A stretch of 64,000 nt of DNA from Octopus vulgaris. Its lineage: Eukaryota. The notes beneath the pieces were generated by a model. It did not search any database. It was not told the origin of the DNA and was given only the letters and a program-made list of their open reading frames with translations. Location of the stretch: the NCBI GenBank assembly GCA_951406725.2, contig OX597817.1, forward strand, positions 155,062,001 through 155,126,000, read 5' to 3'. The position numbers and the translations under genes were made by a program. Numbering within the stretch: the first letter of the stretch is position 1; the number at the start of each line of letters is the position of its first letter. Below, piece after piece: positions 13,473-25,426 of this stretch.

Positions 13473-14504
13473 CATCGCTGTGTTGTCTGTTGTCAGTGTA
13501 CATGTCAAAACTTGTTCATAGAAGTTGAAAGTTTACGGGCAATCTTTCGGTAAAAGTCTGTGACGTCATGAATGAGTGTGACATGGAATTTCGTTTGTTG
13601 GTCAGAGTTGAATAGTTAAACACACACTCGCAATGTGTGGGTTTCTCGGACTTAGTCCAATTCATTTTGGTTTTTTTCTGCATGAGCTAAAAGTATGGAT
13701 TATGCAGACAAGCAAATAAATTTCAGCACAACTATAGAACTCTCCATCCTTTATTTTCTTTTTCTAAAGAATCAGAAAATTTTCAATATTAGGATCAACA
13801 AAAGGTGCAGGAATGGCTGTGTGGTAAGTAGCTTGCTTACCAACCATATGGTTCCAGGTTCATTCCCACTGCATGGCACCTTGGGCAAGTGTCTTCTACT
13901 ATAGCCTCAGGCCAACCAAAGCCTTGTGAGTGGATTTGATAGACGGAAACTGAAAGAAGCCCATTGTATATATATATATGTATGTATGTGTGTTTGTTCC
14001 CCCAACACCGCTTGACAACTGATGCTGGTGTGTTTACGTCCCCGTAACTTAGCGGTTCGGCAAAAGAGACGGATAGAATAAGTACTAGGCTTACAAAGAA
14101 AAAAGTCCTGGGGTCGATTTGCTCGACTAAAGGCGGTGCTCCAACATGGCCACAGTCAAATGACTGAAACAAGTAAAAAGAGTAAAAGTATTCGACTGTG
14201 ACCAGACCTAACCCTAAATCCTAACTGAACTCGAAAAGTAAACAACTTTAGTCAATAACGTGTATCTAACTGGATTAAAATTTATTGAATATTTCTGTAT
14301 TTTGGACAGTCAAGTATTTGCTGTACAGTGTTCTTGAGTTTGTTTATTACTACAAAAAGAAATAGATATAATATGTTTCTTGAGATAACATCTTCTAAAA
14401 CGTTCTGTGCTATTATCGTTTCAAGTTACTCCTTAACTTCATTATAAGGGTCATGAAAATAGAATTCGACTTTAGAAAAGATATCTTGCACACAACCATC
14501 TTAA

Positions 14505-14724
14505 CCCTTTTGTTACTAACCCGGCCAAAACCAGCTCTGGCTCAGTGGTAAAATGTTTTGTTTTCATAAGTTTTGAATTAAAATATTCCACCAAGCCTTA
14601 GTCACAATTTATGTTCCTAACACTAGTTTAATCATAACTAAGTTATTTTACAAAATTCTTTGTTATATTTAAGATGATTGAAAGAAACACAGAGCATCTT
14701 AAAATAAATACAGTAATGAAAGGG
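14505..14724. mobile_element. piggyBac-type MITE
   Basis: TTAA|CCCTTTTGTTAC ... GTAATGAAAGGG|TTAA. Confidence 0.85.
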
Positions 14725-16350
14725 TTAAACTCAAAAACTTATAGAATTTATTTCTCTGTCTTAATTTTTTTTTCCTATTAAAAGTTAGCTGTATAGTCAG
14801 TTGATTAGCTTTAACACAAGATACGCGAGAGATGCATTGTTAGATATCAAATCCTGTATTAACTCGTTCATGGTGTGTATTTGGTTTGGTATCTGTAGAA
14901 GTCATTAGCCATTTGTCGTAAGAAATGATTAAGAGATTTCTTTACCAAACACTTCATTCAACAAATGATGCTTTAACATCTGGCTTAAGGGAAAGAACTC
15001 ACCGTCAACTATAAATGGGAAGTAGAACCACCTGTTAAATAGTTCGTTTCCCAACTACATGGTTCCGGGTTCAATACCCCTGTGTGATACCTTGGACAAG
15101 TCTCTTCTTCTACAGCTCTGGATTTGGTTGACAGAAACTGAAAGAAGCCCGTTGTATATTACACTGTGTAATATGTATGCCTTTGTGTTGTGTTCATTCC
15201 CCCACTACCTCTTAACCAAAAGTACTGGGGTCGATTTGTTCGACTAAACCCTACATGTCGACGTCCCAGTATGACCACATTCCAATGACTGAAAAGTTTA
15301 GGGAAAAAAAAAAGTGATACCCTTTAAGAAAATCAATAAACTAAGGGATTGTAAAATTAAGATATTTTAACAGCTTCAGTACAACGCCTGTCTGAAATTC
15401 GATTTTATTTTTATATAATTTAATATGACGATAAAGCCACAAAGTTACTAATTGAGTCTTTCAAGTAGTTTGTTAGTTCTCTTTGAATTATGGACATAAC
15501 AAGCTCAGTATAATAATTTCATTATTACTTTAATTCACAATCTCTTTCCTTTGAGAAATATTATTGTCATGGAACAAAGAATGAGAGCCAGAAGTATTAT
15601 TGAAATCTATTTGGTATTGAGTCAGCAATTTTGTAAATCTGGTTCTTTAAACTTAACTATCTCACCTGGACATTGTGAAATATCACAAAACTGAGTGTCT
15701 TAGACCCTCATTATTTTCCAAACATAGGTAAACTTATCTTTATGGTCCCCTAGTTCATTTTTGTCTTCTAAAGGATCACCTGTGCATATGTGTACATTTC
15801 ATTTTTTTATGAACACATGACCAAGAGAAACTCCCAAGAAAATATGCACTATCTTGAGAACAGTTCTAATTCTCCTTTATTTTCAAAACTTTGCAGTTGT
15901 CTTTTGAAGGATCACTTTTGCATGTGGATATGTGTTTTATAAAGACCTGAGCCTTATTGAGGAGATAACAAAGGACTGAGATATCTGGTGCATTGCTGTA
16001 CTCAACCATAGCAGAACTGTTAATGCCATTTCTCCTGCTGAAGAACATTGGCCTGCAAGAGCCCTGTGCTGGTGCCCTGTAAAAGCTCCCATGCCAACAT
16101 CATGTAATAGCACCCAGAAAGTACCTGTTCTGGTGCCACATAAAAAGTACCCAGAACACTCTGTAAAGTGGCTGGCATTAAGAAGGGCATCCAATTATAG
16201 AAACCAAGCCAAATCTTGCTTACGAACCACATGGTTCTGGGTTCAGTCCCACTGCATGGCACCTTGGGCAAGTGTCTTCTACTATAGCCTCGAGCCGACC
16301 AAAGCCTTGTAAGTGGATTTGGTAGATGGAAACTGAAAAGAAGCCCACTG

Positions 16351-16383
<33 letters not shown>

Positions 16384-17629
16384 ATATATATATATGTATG
16401 TATGTGTGTATATGTTTGTGTGTCTGCGTTTGTCCCCCCAACATTGCTTGACAGCCAATGCTGGTGTGTTTACGTCCCCGTAACTTAACGGTTTGGCAAA
16501 AGATACTGATAGAATAAGTATTTAGGTTAAAGGAGGAGGGGAGGATGACCAGGAGAAACTCTTAAGAAAATAGACACGAACTGATGAATGCCATCTAACA
16601 AGAAAAAAAAAACAATCATATGAAGTGTCTTTGAGAGCATAGAGCATAAATTAAATGAAGTACTTTCAAAAAGAATATCTTCCCAACATGATTCTGGGAT
16701 TTTAATCTTTAAACAGTGGGTATTATCAATTGATGTTTCAAACATTTTACATGGATACGACCATCATCAAAGAAAAGTGAATATTTCACAGAATTTTCAA
16801 CAATGAGAGTGAATATTTTATTGTGCAAGAGATGAACAGTTTTATCATATTTGAAGTAAAAATAAGTATAAAAATTACTCTTAACCATTTAGCATTTAAA
16901 CCAGTCATATCCAGCCCAAATATTATACCTTTTTTATGTTCAGCCTGGCCAGATCCAGCCCCTCATACCTATCTGACAATGTCATTCTCAAAATATGCAA
17001 TCACATCATCAAAAGATTGTGAATGACTGTGTATTACATTTGACTAAATAATCTGAATGCTAAAAGAGTAAGAAAAAGAGATTTGTTTTTTTTACCTGTT
17101 CGGCATACACATTCATGCAAGTAGGTTCTAATGTCTGCTTCGGCAGACATTAGGCCTTGGAAGCCCTTTCTAGCACTAGTCACTTCACAGAGTGTTGTGG
17201 GTGTTTTTTTATGCTGCACCAATACTGGTGAGGTCACCAAGTACCTGCAAGACAAGACCCCTCAACTGTTGTAGAGTATAGAATTGAGGGATAAAAAGCT
17301 AGGACAGAGAGACAAGAGCAGGTGTCTTGCTGAAGAGGTGAATACATGGCTTGCTCATCTGGAAAGGGAGATAGATGTGAAGTCAAGGGGCAAGGTGAAT
17401 ATGAGAGACAGAATAGAATAGAGGAACAGAAAGGGTGGATGTCTGGGTAAGGTTGCTATGTGAGAATAATATGACAGTTGATTAGAGATAGGGAATGAGT
17501 TGGACAGAGAGAATATTAGTTCAGCAGAGGGGAGGTGAAGGAAGGAAATAAGGTAACACAGAAGATTGGTGAAAGAATGAGTGTTAGAAGAAGAGTTGTT
17601 GGGGAAAGCTTGACAGAACCTCAATTCTG

Positions 17630-17985
17630 TTGAGATGGTTGGGTCTCCACAAGCACAACGTGTTGCCATTCATCTCAGTCCCCCCATCATCTCTCCTGAG
17701 AGGCTCAACACCTTAAAGTCAGTCTTCACCACTTTGTCCCAGGTTTTCCTCTTCCACAGGTTCCTTCTACGTTTAGCAGTCAGCACTTCCTTATACAACG
17801 GTCCTTGTGCTTCTGCATCACATGACCATACCAGTGCAGTCTTCTCTCCTGCACACTGTGTCTGATGCCTCTTATGCCCAATTTTTCTCTCAGCACATTT
17901 GTACTTTGTTGTACACTGTTATTGCACATCCATTCGAGTATGCTAGTATCATTTCTTTCCAGCCTTTACATGTCGTCTGCATATG
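17630..17985 (-). mobile_element. RTE-clade LINE fragment (decayed)
   Basis: Reverse complement homologous to 27400-27760 (GIR..VQERRLHWYGH); followed toward 17100 by the same pyrimidine-rich 3' UTR. Confidence 0.65.
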
Positions 17986-18025
<40 letters not shown>

Positions 18026-18051
18026 TTTGTCTGTCTTGAGGCTGATTGATT

Positions 18052-18148
18052 TTCCTTGACTTTCCTGATGAGAAGACAGCATAATGCACCTTATTCCTTC
18101 AGAATTAAGAATATGCAGTCTTCGAAACATGTGTTGAAATTAAAGGAA
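18052..18148 (+). ncRNA. Type I hammerhead ribozyme in (TA)n-embedded element 18023-18191
   Basis: Stem I TTTC/GAAA (extended TTCCTT/AAGGAA), core CTGATGA 18065-71, stem II GAAGAC-a-GCATA/TATGC-a-GTCTTC, GAAA 18124-27, stem III C-ATGT-G, cleavage triplet GTT 18133-35. Confidence 0.75.
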
Positions 18149-18836
18149 TTGTGTTAAAATCCCCGTTCGACTCCATTCTTTTATTCATTTTATATATATA
18201 TATATATGCAGCACGCCAGGCGAAATGCTTAGTGGTATTTCATCTGCCGTTATGTCCTGAGTTCACATTCCGCCGAGGTCGACGTTGCCTTTCGGGGTAG
18301 ATTAAATTACGCACTGGGGTCGATGTAATCGATTTAATGCCTTTGTCTGTCCTTGTTTGTCCCCTCTATGTTTAGCCCCCTGTTGGCAATAAAGAAATAC
18401 ATATATATGTATGTATATGTGTGCCTGTACGTATACGCTCATTTTATGTTCAATTACATGAATATATATAGTATATGCATCTACTTGCAATGACCTAGAG
18501 GCCTTAAATATCTTATACCTTTTCCTTCGTTGAGCTCTCTAGATCACAACTATGTTATAACAGTCCAATCCCAACCACATGTCTCAATAACTCTCTCACA
18601 CAGACGCACACACACACATACACATGCCTACTAATATAAATTCATACTAATACATTCACAGTGCATATATACCTGTTATTGTTTATCCCAGCCTATACAT
18701 GCATATGTACTACATAGACTTCCTAGGGTGTGTTTGCACATACAAACACTGAATGCAGCCACACTCACTGAATATACCTATACACATATACATACTCACA
18801 GACCCACAGATACTCACTGATTATAAGACTTTATTG

Positions 18837-20094
18837 TCTTTTTACTCTTTTACTTGTTTCAGTCATTTGACTGTGGCCATGCTGGAGCACCGCCTTTAGT
18901 CAAGCAAATCGACCCTGGGACTCATTCTTTGTAAGCCCAGTACTTATTGTATCGGTCTCTTTTGCCGTACCGCTAAGTGACGGGGACGTAAACACACCAG
19001 CATCGGTTGTCAAGCAATGCTAGGGGAACAAAGACACACACACAAACATATATATATACATATATATGACGGGCTTCTTTCAGTTTCCGTCTACCAAATC
19101 CACTCACAAGGCTGTGGTCGGCCCGAGGCTATAGTAGAAGACACTTGCCCAAGGTGCCACGCAGTGGGACTGAACCCGGAACCATGTGGTTGGTAAACAA
19201 GCTAATTACCACACAGCCACTCCTTTATTGAATTTTTTTACAGCCACCTTCTGTTTCAAACGTGTTCAACCTGACCCAGCTGTCTCCAGAAATAAATCTG
19301 TTCCTCTCTCCTACACACAGATGCTTGGCAACTGTTGAATGGGTTGGTGGGCACAGCAAATGGTTTTATTTACAGAAATAAAGCATTTAAGAAACCCAGC
19401 CAGGAGAACTTCGACTATAAATAAATGGGCAATAAGCAGTTCCTACTCAATGGTTCCTGTTTTCACTGCCCTTGATTATGGACATAATGCAGTGCCCACA
19501 ACAGGATGTTGGTAATCCATTTTTCTTTTTTAATAGGCACCAACATGGGTGGGTGGTAAGAAGTTTGCTTCCCAACCACATGGTTCCAGGTTCAGTCCCA
19601 CTGCATGCCATTTTGGGCAAGTGTCTTCAGTTATAACCCCAGACTGACCAAATCCTTGAGAGTAAATTTAGTAGGCAAGAACTGAAAGAAGTCCATTGAA
19701 TATATATTTACTCTTTTACTTGTTTCAGTCATTTGACTGCGGCCATGCTGGAGCACCGCCTTTAGTCGAGCAAATCGACCCCGGGACTTATTCTTTGTAA
19801 GCCCAGTACTTATTCTATCGGTCTCTTTTGCCGAACCACTAAGTGACAGGGGACGTAAACACACCAGCATCGGTTGTCAAGCAATGCTGGGGGGACAAAC
19901 ACAAACATATACTCACACACTTATATGTATATACATATATACGACAGGCTTCTTTCAGTTTCCGTCTACCAAATCCACTCACAAGGCATTGGTCGGCCCG
20001 GGGCTATAGCAGAAGACACTAGCCCAAAATGCCACGCAGTGGGACTGAACCCAGTACCATGTGGTTGGTTAGCAAGCTACTTACCACACAGCCA
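18837..20094 (-). mobile_element. Two CORE-type SINEs (18837-19223, 19708-20094) plus a + strand head fragment at ~19545-19700
   Basis: Same family consensus. Confidence 0.88.
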
Positions 20095-20136
20095 CCCCAT
20101 CATCATTTATGTATGTATATATATATATATATATAT

Positions 20137-20272
20137 ACCACTTGACCGATCAGTCCGTCAGGCGTCCATTTGACACCGCTGGTCACAGCACGCTGTCCAC
20201 TCCTCTCTGTATCGCACCTTTCTCATCGACGGTGGAGTTAGGATTTCAGGAGGACGATTGGGATCGCGTGGA
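20137..20272 (-). mobile_element. Probable LINE extreme 3' end in (TA)n
   Basis: GC/CpG-rich insert; minus frame ends ..KVRYREEWTACCDQRCQMDA*, ~20-nt UTR, TA tail (RTE-like DRxxW terminus). Confidence 0.35.
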
Positions 20273-21090
20273 TATATATATACACACACACACAAATCTA
20301 TGTATGTGTGTATGCCACTGTGCTTGTCCTTCACCACAGCTTGACATCTAATGTTGGTATGTTTATGTTCCCATAACTTATCAATTTGGTAAAAAAAAAT
20401 TAACTGATAGAATAAGTACTAGACTTACAAAAAAATATGTACTGGGTCAACTTGTTTGGCTAAACACCTTCAAGGTAGTGCTCAGTATGGTCCATGGTCA
20501 CAGTCTAATGACTGAAACAAGTAAGAGATGAAAGATATGTCAGTGGAGAAAGATCATTGCTCATGATCTTTGTAAGTCTTCTCAGATTGGGGAAATCAGT
20601 GTAGCCAATGTCCAGCATGAACATCTGCAGATCAATCGTCACTATTGTAGTTTTATTTCTGCTTGCCCATGTTGGCATGGGTTGAACAGGTTTTCCAAAA
20701 TGTTGTTTTACAGTCAGATGACCCTTGACACCTTTCTGGGCTTGTGAGACTTGTGTGTGTGGATGGGATATCCTAATATCAGACACCCAATTCAAGTGTT
20801 TGGAATAGTGAACTGTGCTAACAGCAACCGTAGATGAAATAGTGATGTTAAACCAGGTAACAGAATATTCTTTTATTTTTTTACATGCTTCAGTCATTTG
20901 ACTGCAGCCATGCTGGAGCACCACCTTAAAAGGACTTATTCCTTGTAAGCCTAGTACTTATTCTGTTGATCACTTTTGTTGAACTGCTAAGTTACAGGGA
21001 CATAAACACACCAACATCAGTTGTCAAGCAATGGTGTGAGGACAAACACACACACAAAAACAAACATGCATAAACATATATACATATATA

Positions 21091-21482
21091 GGCGCAGGAG
21101 TGGCTGTGTGGTAAGTAGCTTGCTAACCAACCACATGGTTCCGGGTTCAGTCCCACTGCGTGGCATCTTGGGCAAGTGTCTTCTGCTATAGCCCCGGGCC
21201 AACCAATGCCTTGTGAGTGTATTTGGTAGACGGAAACTGAAAGAAGCCTGTCGTATATATGTATATATATGTATATATGTGTGTGTGTGTGTTTGTCCCC
21301 CTAGCATTGCTTGACAACTGATGCTGGTGTGTTTACGTCCGCGTCACTTAGCGGTTCGGCAAAAAGAGACCGATAGAATAAGTACTGGGCTTACAAAGAA
21401 TAAGTCCCGGGGTCGATTTACTCGACTAAAGGCGGTGCTCCAGCATGGCCGCAGTCAAATGACTGAAACAAGTAAAAGAGTA
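21091..21482 (+). mobile_element. tRNA-derived CORE-type SINE (octopus OK-like), full length
   Basis: A box TGGCTGTGTGG, B box GGTTCAGTCCC, core TTGGGCAAGTGTCTT, internal (TA)/(TG)n, AAACAAGTAAAAGAG tail. Other + copies ~13804-14190, 16218-16520, 45569-45918, 53665-54017. Confidence 0.9.
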
Positions 21483-21508
21483 TATATAACGACATGTGGA
21501 TTGTTGGC

Positions 21509-21539
<31 letters not shown>

Positions 21540-21568
21540 CCTCCTCCATCTTCCTTCTCTCTGTGTCC

Positions 21569-21605
21569 TGTTTCTGAAGAAGAGCTTTGCTTGAAACGTA
21601 AAACA
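21569..21605 (+). ncRNA. Minimal type I hammerhead ribozyme in element ~21490-21703
   Basis: TGTTT-CTGAAGA-A-GAGC-ttt-GCTT-GAAA-CG-TA-AAACA: 5-bp stem I, intact core, palindromic ACGT stem III without loop. Confidence 0.75.
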
Positions 21606-22087
21606 CCCTTTCTTTCCTTCCTTGAGTGTGTTATTAATATTTTGCATGTACCATGTCCTTGCGTTGTTGTGTTTTTCTCCATTGTTTTTTTTTGGGATTA
21701 ACTATATATACGACAGGCTTCTTTCAGTTTCTGTCTACCAAATCCACTCACAAGGCTTTGGTCAGCCCGAGGCTTTAGTAGAAGATACCTGCCCGAGGTG
21801 CCATGCATGTGGTTGGGGAGCAAACTTCTTACCACACAAATACACCTGCACATTTAATGTCTACCATTCAAGAATTCAAATAGTTCCTCTAATAGGCTTC
21901 CATTCAGCTTTCATCTGCCACATTTCACAAAGACATTGGTTAACTGATGACAATCACCCGAATGTGACAAGCAGTGGAAATAAATCCAGAATCACATAGC
22001 TTTACTTCACAGCCGTACCTTGAAGCAACTACACTAACTTTACAAAGTCTTGAAATAGGCTGCTTGTGTCCATGAAGAAATGGTTAA

Positions 22088-22308
22088 CCCTTTCGTTACT
22101 GTATTTATTTTGAGATGCTCTGTGTTTCTTTCAATTACTTTAAGTATAACAAAGAATTTAGTAAAATAACTTAGTAATCATTCAGCTAGTGTTAGGAACA
22201 TAAATTGTGACTAAGGTTTGATGGAAGATTTTAATTCAAAACGTATGAAAACGAGACATTTGTACAACAGAGCCAGAGCCGGTTTCAGCCGGGTTGGTAA
22301 CGAAAGGG
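22088..22308. mobile_element. piggyBac-type MITE, same family as 14505-14724, opposite orientation
   Basis: TTAA TSD, perfect 12-bp TIR CCCTTTCGTTAC. Decayed relatives at ~27103, ~53344, ~53542. Confidence 0.9.
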
Positions 22309-24796
22309 TTAACAAGCTTGTAAACGATTTGGTGGTCATATAAATTGTTTTAAAAGAAAGTTATTTGAAATTATAACCCCAGGAATTCAAAATTATTAAA
22401 ATATCATTATATATGCTTTGCAGTATTTCCTCAGACTCATTATGTTCTGAGTCGATTAAATAAGTACCAGTTATGCACTGGGGTCGATGTAATCGACTTA
22501 ATCCGTTTGTCTGTCCTTGTTTGTCTCCTCTGTGTTTAGCCCCTTGTGGGTAGTAAAGAAATAGGTACTTTGTCTGTCTTTACATTGAGTTCAAATTCCA
22601 CCTTTTCGGCATCAATAAAATAAGTACCAGTTGAACCCTGAGGTTGATGTAATTGACTAATTTGATAGGTTTTCATATACTGAGCTGTTTTGATAAATCT
22701 AAATTTCTTCTGACACATTTCTCATTGCTTAGATCACTCCTCCCCTATCAGAAAGGCCCGACTGCATACAGAACTGCAGATGAAAGCTGCTACACTCATC
22801 CATAATCTTTCCAGCAGACCTATTTGACATATCTGTTTAATAATTATGTTCAGTGTATTTGCCAGAACTGCAACTGGCCTGCAATTGATTGAATCGATAA
22901 GGCTGTATGTTTAATGGTTTGTTTATAAGTCTTGTTTTAGCTTAATCACACACTATCTCTGTTTTCTGTTCATCTCTTATACTAACACTGTGTCTAATCA
23001 GACACTTCTGGCACATTGACTTTTCAATATTCCTGTTGTTAGGAAGTGCAGTTTTTATTTATTTATTTAAGGCAGCAAGCTGGCAGATTCATTAGCACAC
23101 CAGGCAAAATGCTTATCGATGTTTCATCCATCTTCATGTTCTGAGTTCAAATTCTGCCGATGTCAACTTTACCTTTTATCCTTTCAGGATCGATGAAATA
23201 AATACCAGTTGCATACTGGGGTCAATATAATCGATTTTTCCCCTCCCCCAATGTTTCAGGCCTTGTGCCTAAAGTAGCAAGTATTATTATTATTATTATT
23301 ATTATTGATTAATACATTCTGGGTTCAAATTCTGTTGAGGTTGACTTTGCCTGTCATCCTTTTGGAGTCAATGAAATAAGTACCAGTTATGCACTGGGGT
23401 CGATAGAATCGACTAGCCCCCCCTCCTCAGAGTTTCAGGCTTTGTGCCTATAGTAGAAAAGATTAAAGGCAGTGAGTTGGCAGGATTGTTAGCACACTGG
23501 ACGAAATGCTTAGCAGTATTTCACCTGTTGCTACGTTCTGAGTTCAAATTCCACCGAAGTTGACTTTGCCTTTCATTCTTTCAGGGTCGATAAAATAAGT
23601 ACTGGATGAAAACTGGGGTCAATGTAATCAATTCATCCCCTCCCCTAAAACTGCAGCCCATGTGGCAAAGTGCTGGTGGCACGTAAAAATGCCGGTGTCA
23701 CGTGAAAAAACATTCGAGCAAGGTCATTGCCAGTGCCACTCCACTGGCTCCTGTGCATGTGGCACATGGAAAACACCATTTGAGTGTGGCCGTTGCCAGT
23801 ACCGTCTGATTGGCCCTCATGCCGGTGGCATGTAAAAGCATCCACTACACTGTCAGAATGGTTGGTGTTAGGAAGGGCATCCAGCTGTAGAAACTCTGCC
23901 AGATCAGATTGGAGCCTGGTGCAGCCATCTGGTTCGCCAGTCCTCAGTCAAATCATCCAACCCCTGCTAGCATGGAAAGCGGATATTAAACAATAATGAT
24001 GATGATGATTATTGATTATTACATTTTGGCTCCTTATATTCTGGGTTCAAATTCTGTTGAGGTTGACTTTGCCTTTCATCCTTCCAGCTTCAATAAAACA
24101 AATACCAGTTGAATAAGGTTTGTTTAAGGATGTTGAATGAAACACCCATGTTTCCAAAGGTGAATTATTCAGACCCCAAAGAATCCCTCTCGACACATGG
24201 CTATGATGCTCCCTCTCTACTTCTGCTCGTGATCAGAGATGCACATATCGTCAGCCACTAAGGGACATGCTCAACTGGTTAAGGTCAAACATCTGACAAG
24301 CAAATCTGTGGTATTGAGCAGAATATTTGCTGTAGCCCATATTATTATTATTATTATTATTATTATGATAAATGCCTTATGTTATTTCATCATGCCCTTT
24401 TATGTTATGGGTTTCAATCAATAGGTCAACAAAACCTCGAACATGGGGTGAAATAGCTTACAATATTCTGTAACAGCCTTCTACAATGACAGTTAATTGC
24501 TAATCCTTAACTATAATTGTTGTTAATTTGTTTTTAGCCCAAACATGATGGCTGTTAATTACTAGCCTTATTGTTATAGTTATTGCTGATACTAAGCCTT
24601 AATTGCTAGTGCAATTGCACAGCAATTGAAAACTATGAGCCAATTTCAATCTTTGGTTGTGACCAGTTCACGTCACTGATAATTTTTTTTTAAGGAAAAT
24701 CTGATCATTACACAAGTTCCCTTACCCTACTTCCTTCTTGTACCAAATAAAAAATTGTGATAAAAGTCATTTTTTTTTTTCTTCGTATTTTTGCAG

Positions 24797-25426
24797 TACA
24801 TTCAAAGCAAGTCAAAGCGAATAAACACTGAATCCCAGATAGCTCTACCAATCCCAGAGACACTGTCACTCTACGAACGTCTCAATGCTTCGTTCAACTC
24901 TTTGACTGAGATCCAACTGAACATGCCATTTATATTTCCACACCTGACTTACCTGGATTTGAGCCACAACAACCTCTATTTCCTGCCTGATACAATGGGG
25001 CTCTTCCTACATTTGGAGATCCTCATTCTACACCATAACTATCTCAAACAAATTCCACACACCATGGTCCAACTTGACAAACTCTCCAAACTCGATCTGT
25101 CCAACAACATGTTGATAACACTGCCCAAATCTCTTGGAGAAATGAAATCACTCCAAAAACTAAATATTTCACATAACAAGATCCGGGAATTACCTTTATC
25201 TCTAATTGAGTGCAGCTCTTTGCAGTTAATTTTAGCTTGTGACAACCTGATGGAAAATCCAACACAAGATATTTGTGATCGAGGATCAAAACCCATTTTA
25301 GACTATTTCAAACAGAAGAGGCTTGATGGTTTATCTAATCAAAAATCACCAAAATCAAACCTTAAATTTCCCAGGCAACAGTGGAACCATTCACCAACAA
25401 ATGTTCCAAATCCAGATTCCCCCCAG
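24797..25426 (+). CDS. Exon 2: leucine-rich repeat domain (~6 LRRs plus C-terminal cap) and Pro-rich linker
   Basis: T-rich tract + TTGCAG acceptor; 210 codons with LxxLxLxxNxLxxLP repeats (LTYLDLSHNNLYFLP, LEILILHHNYLKQIP, LSKLDLSNNMLITLP, LQKLNISHNKIRELP), cap NPTQDICDRGSKPILDYF; donor CAG|GTAAC; phase 0-0. Confidence 0.95.

Noticed and set aside
13804-13875. tRNA-like A/B boxes in many places
   Set aside because: SINE heads without a complete cloverleaf; not tRNA genes.
15897-15950. Good-looking acceptor (TTTGCAG) in intron 1 as an extra exon
   Set aside because: Phase-0 frame hits TGA after 17 codons with no strong donor; exons 1 and 2 join cleanly without it.
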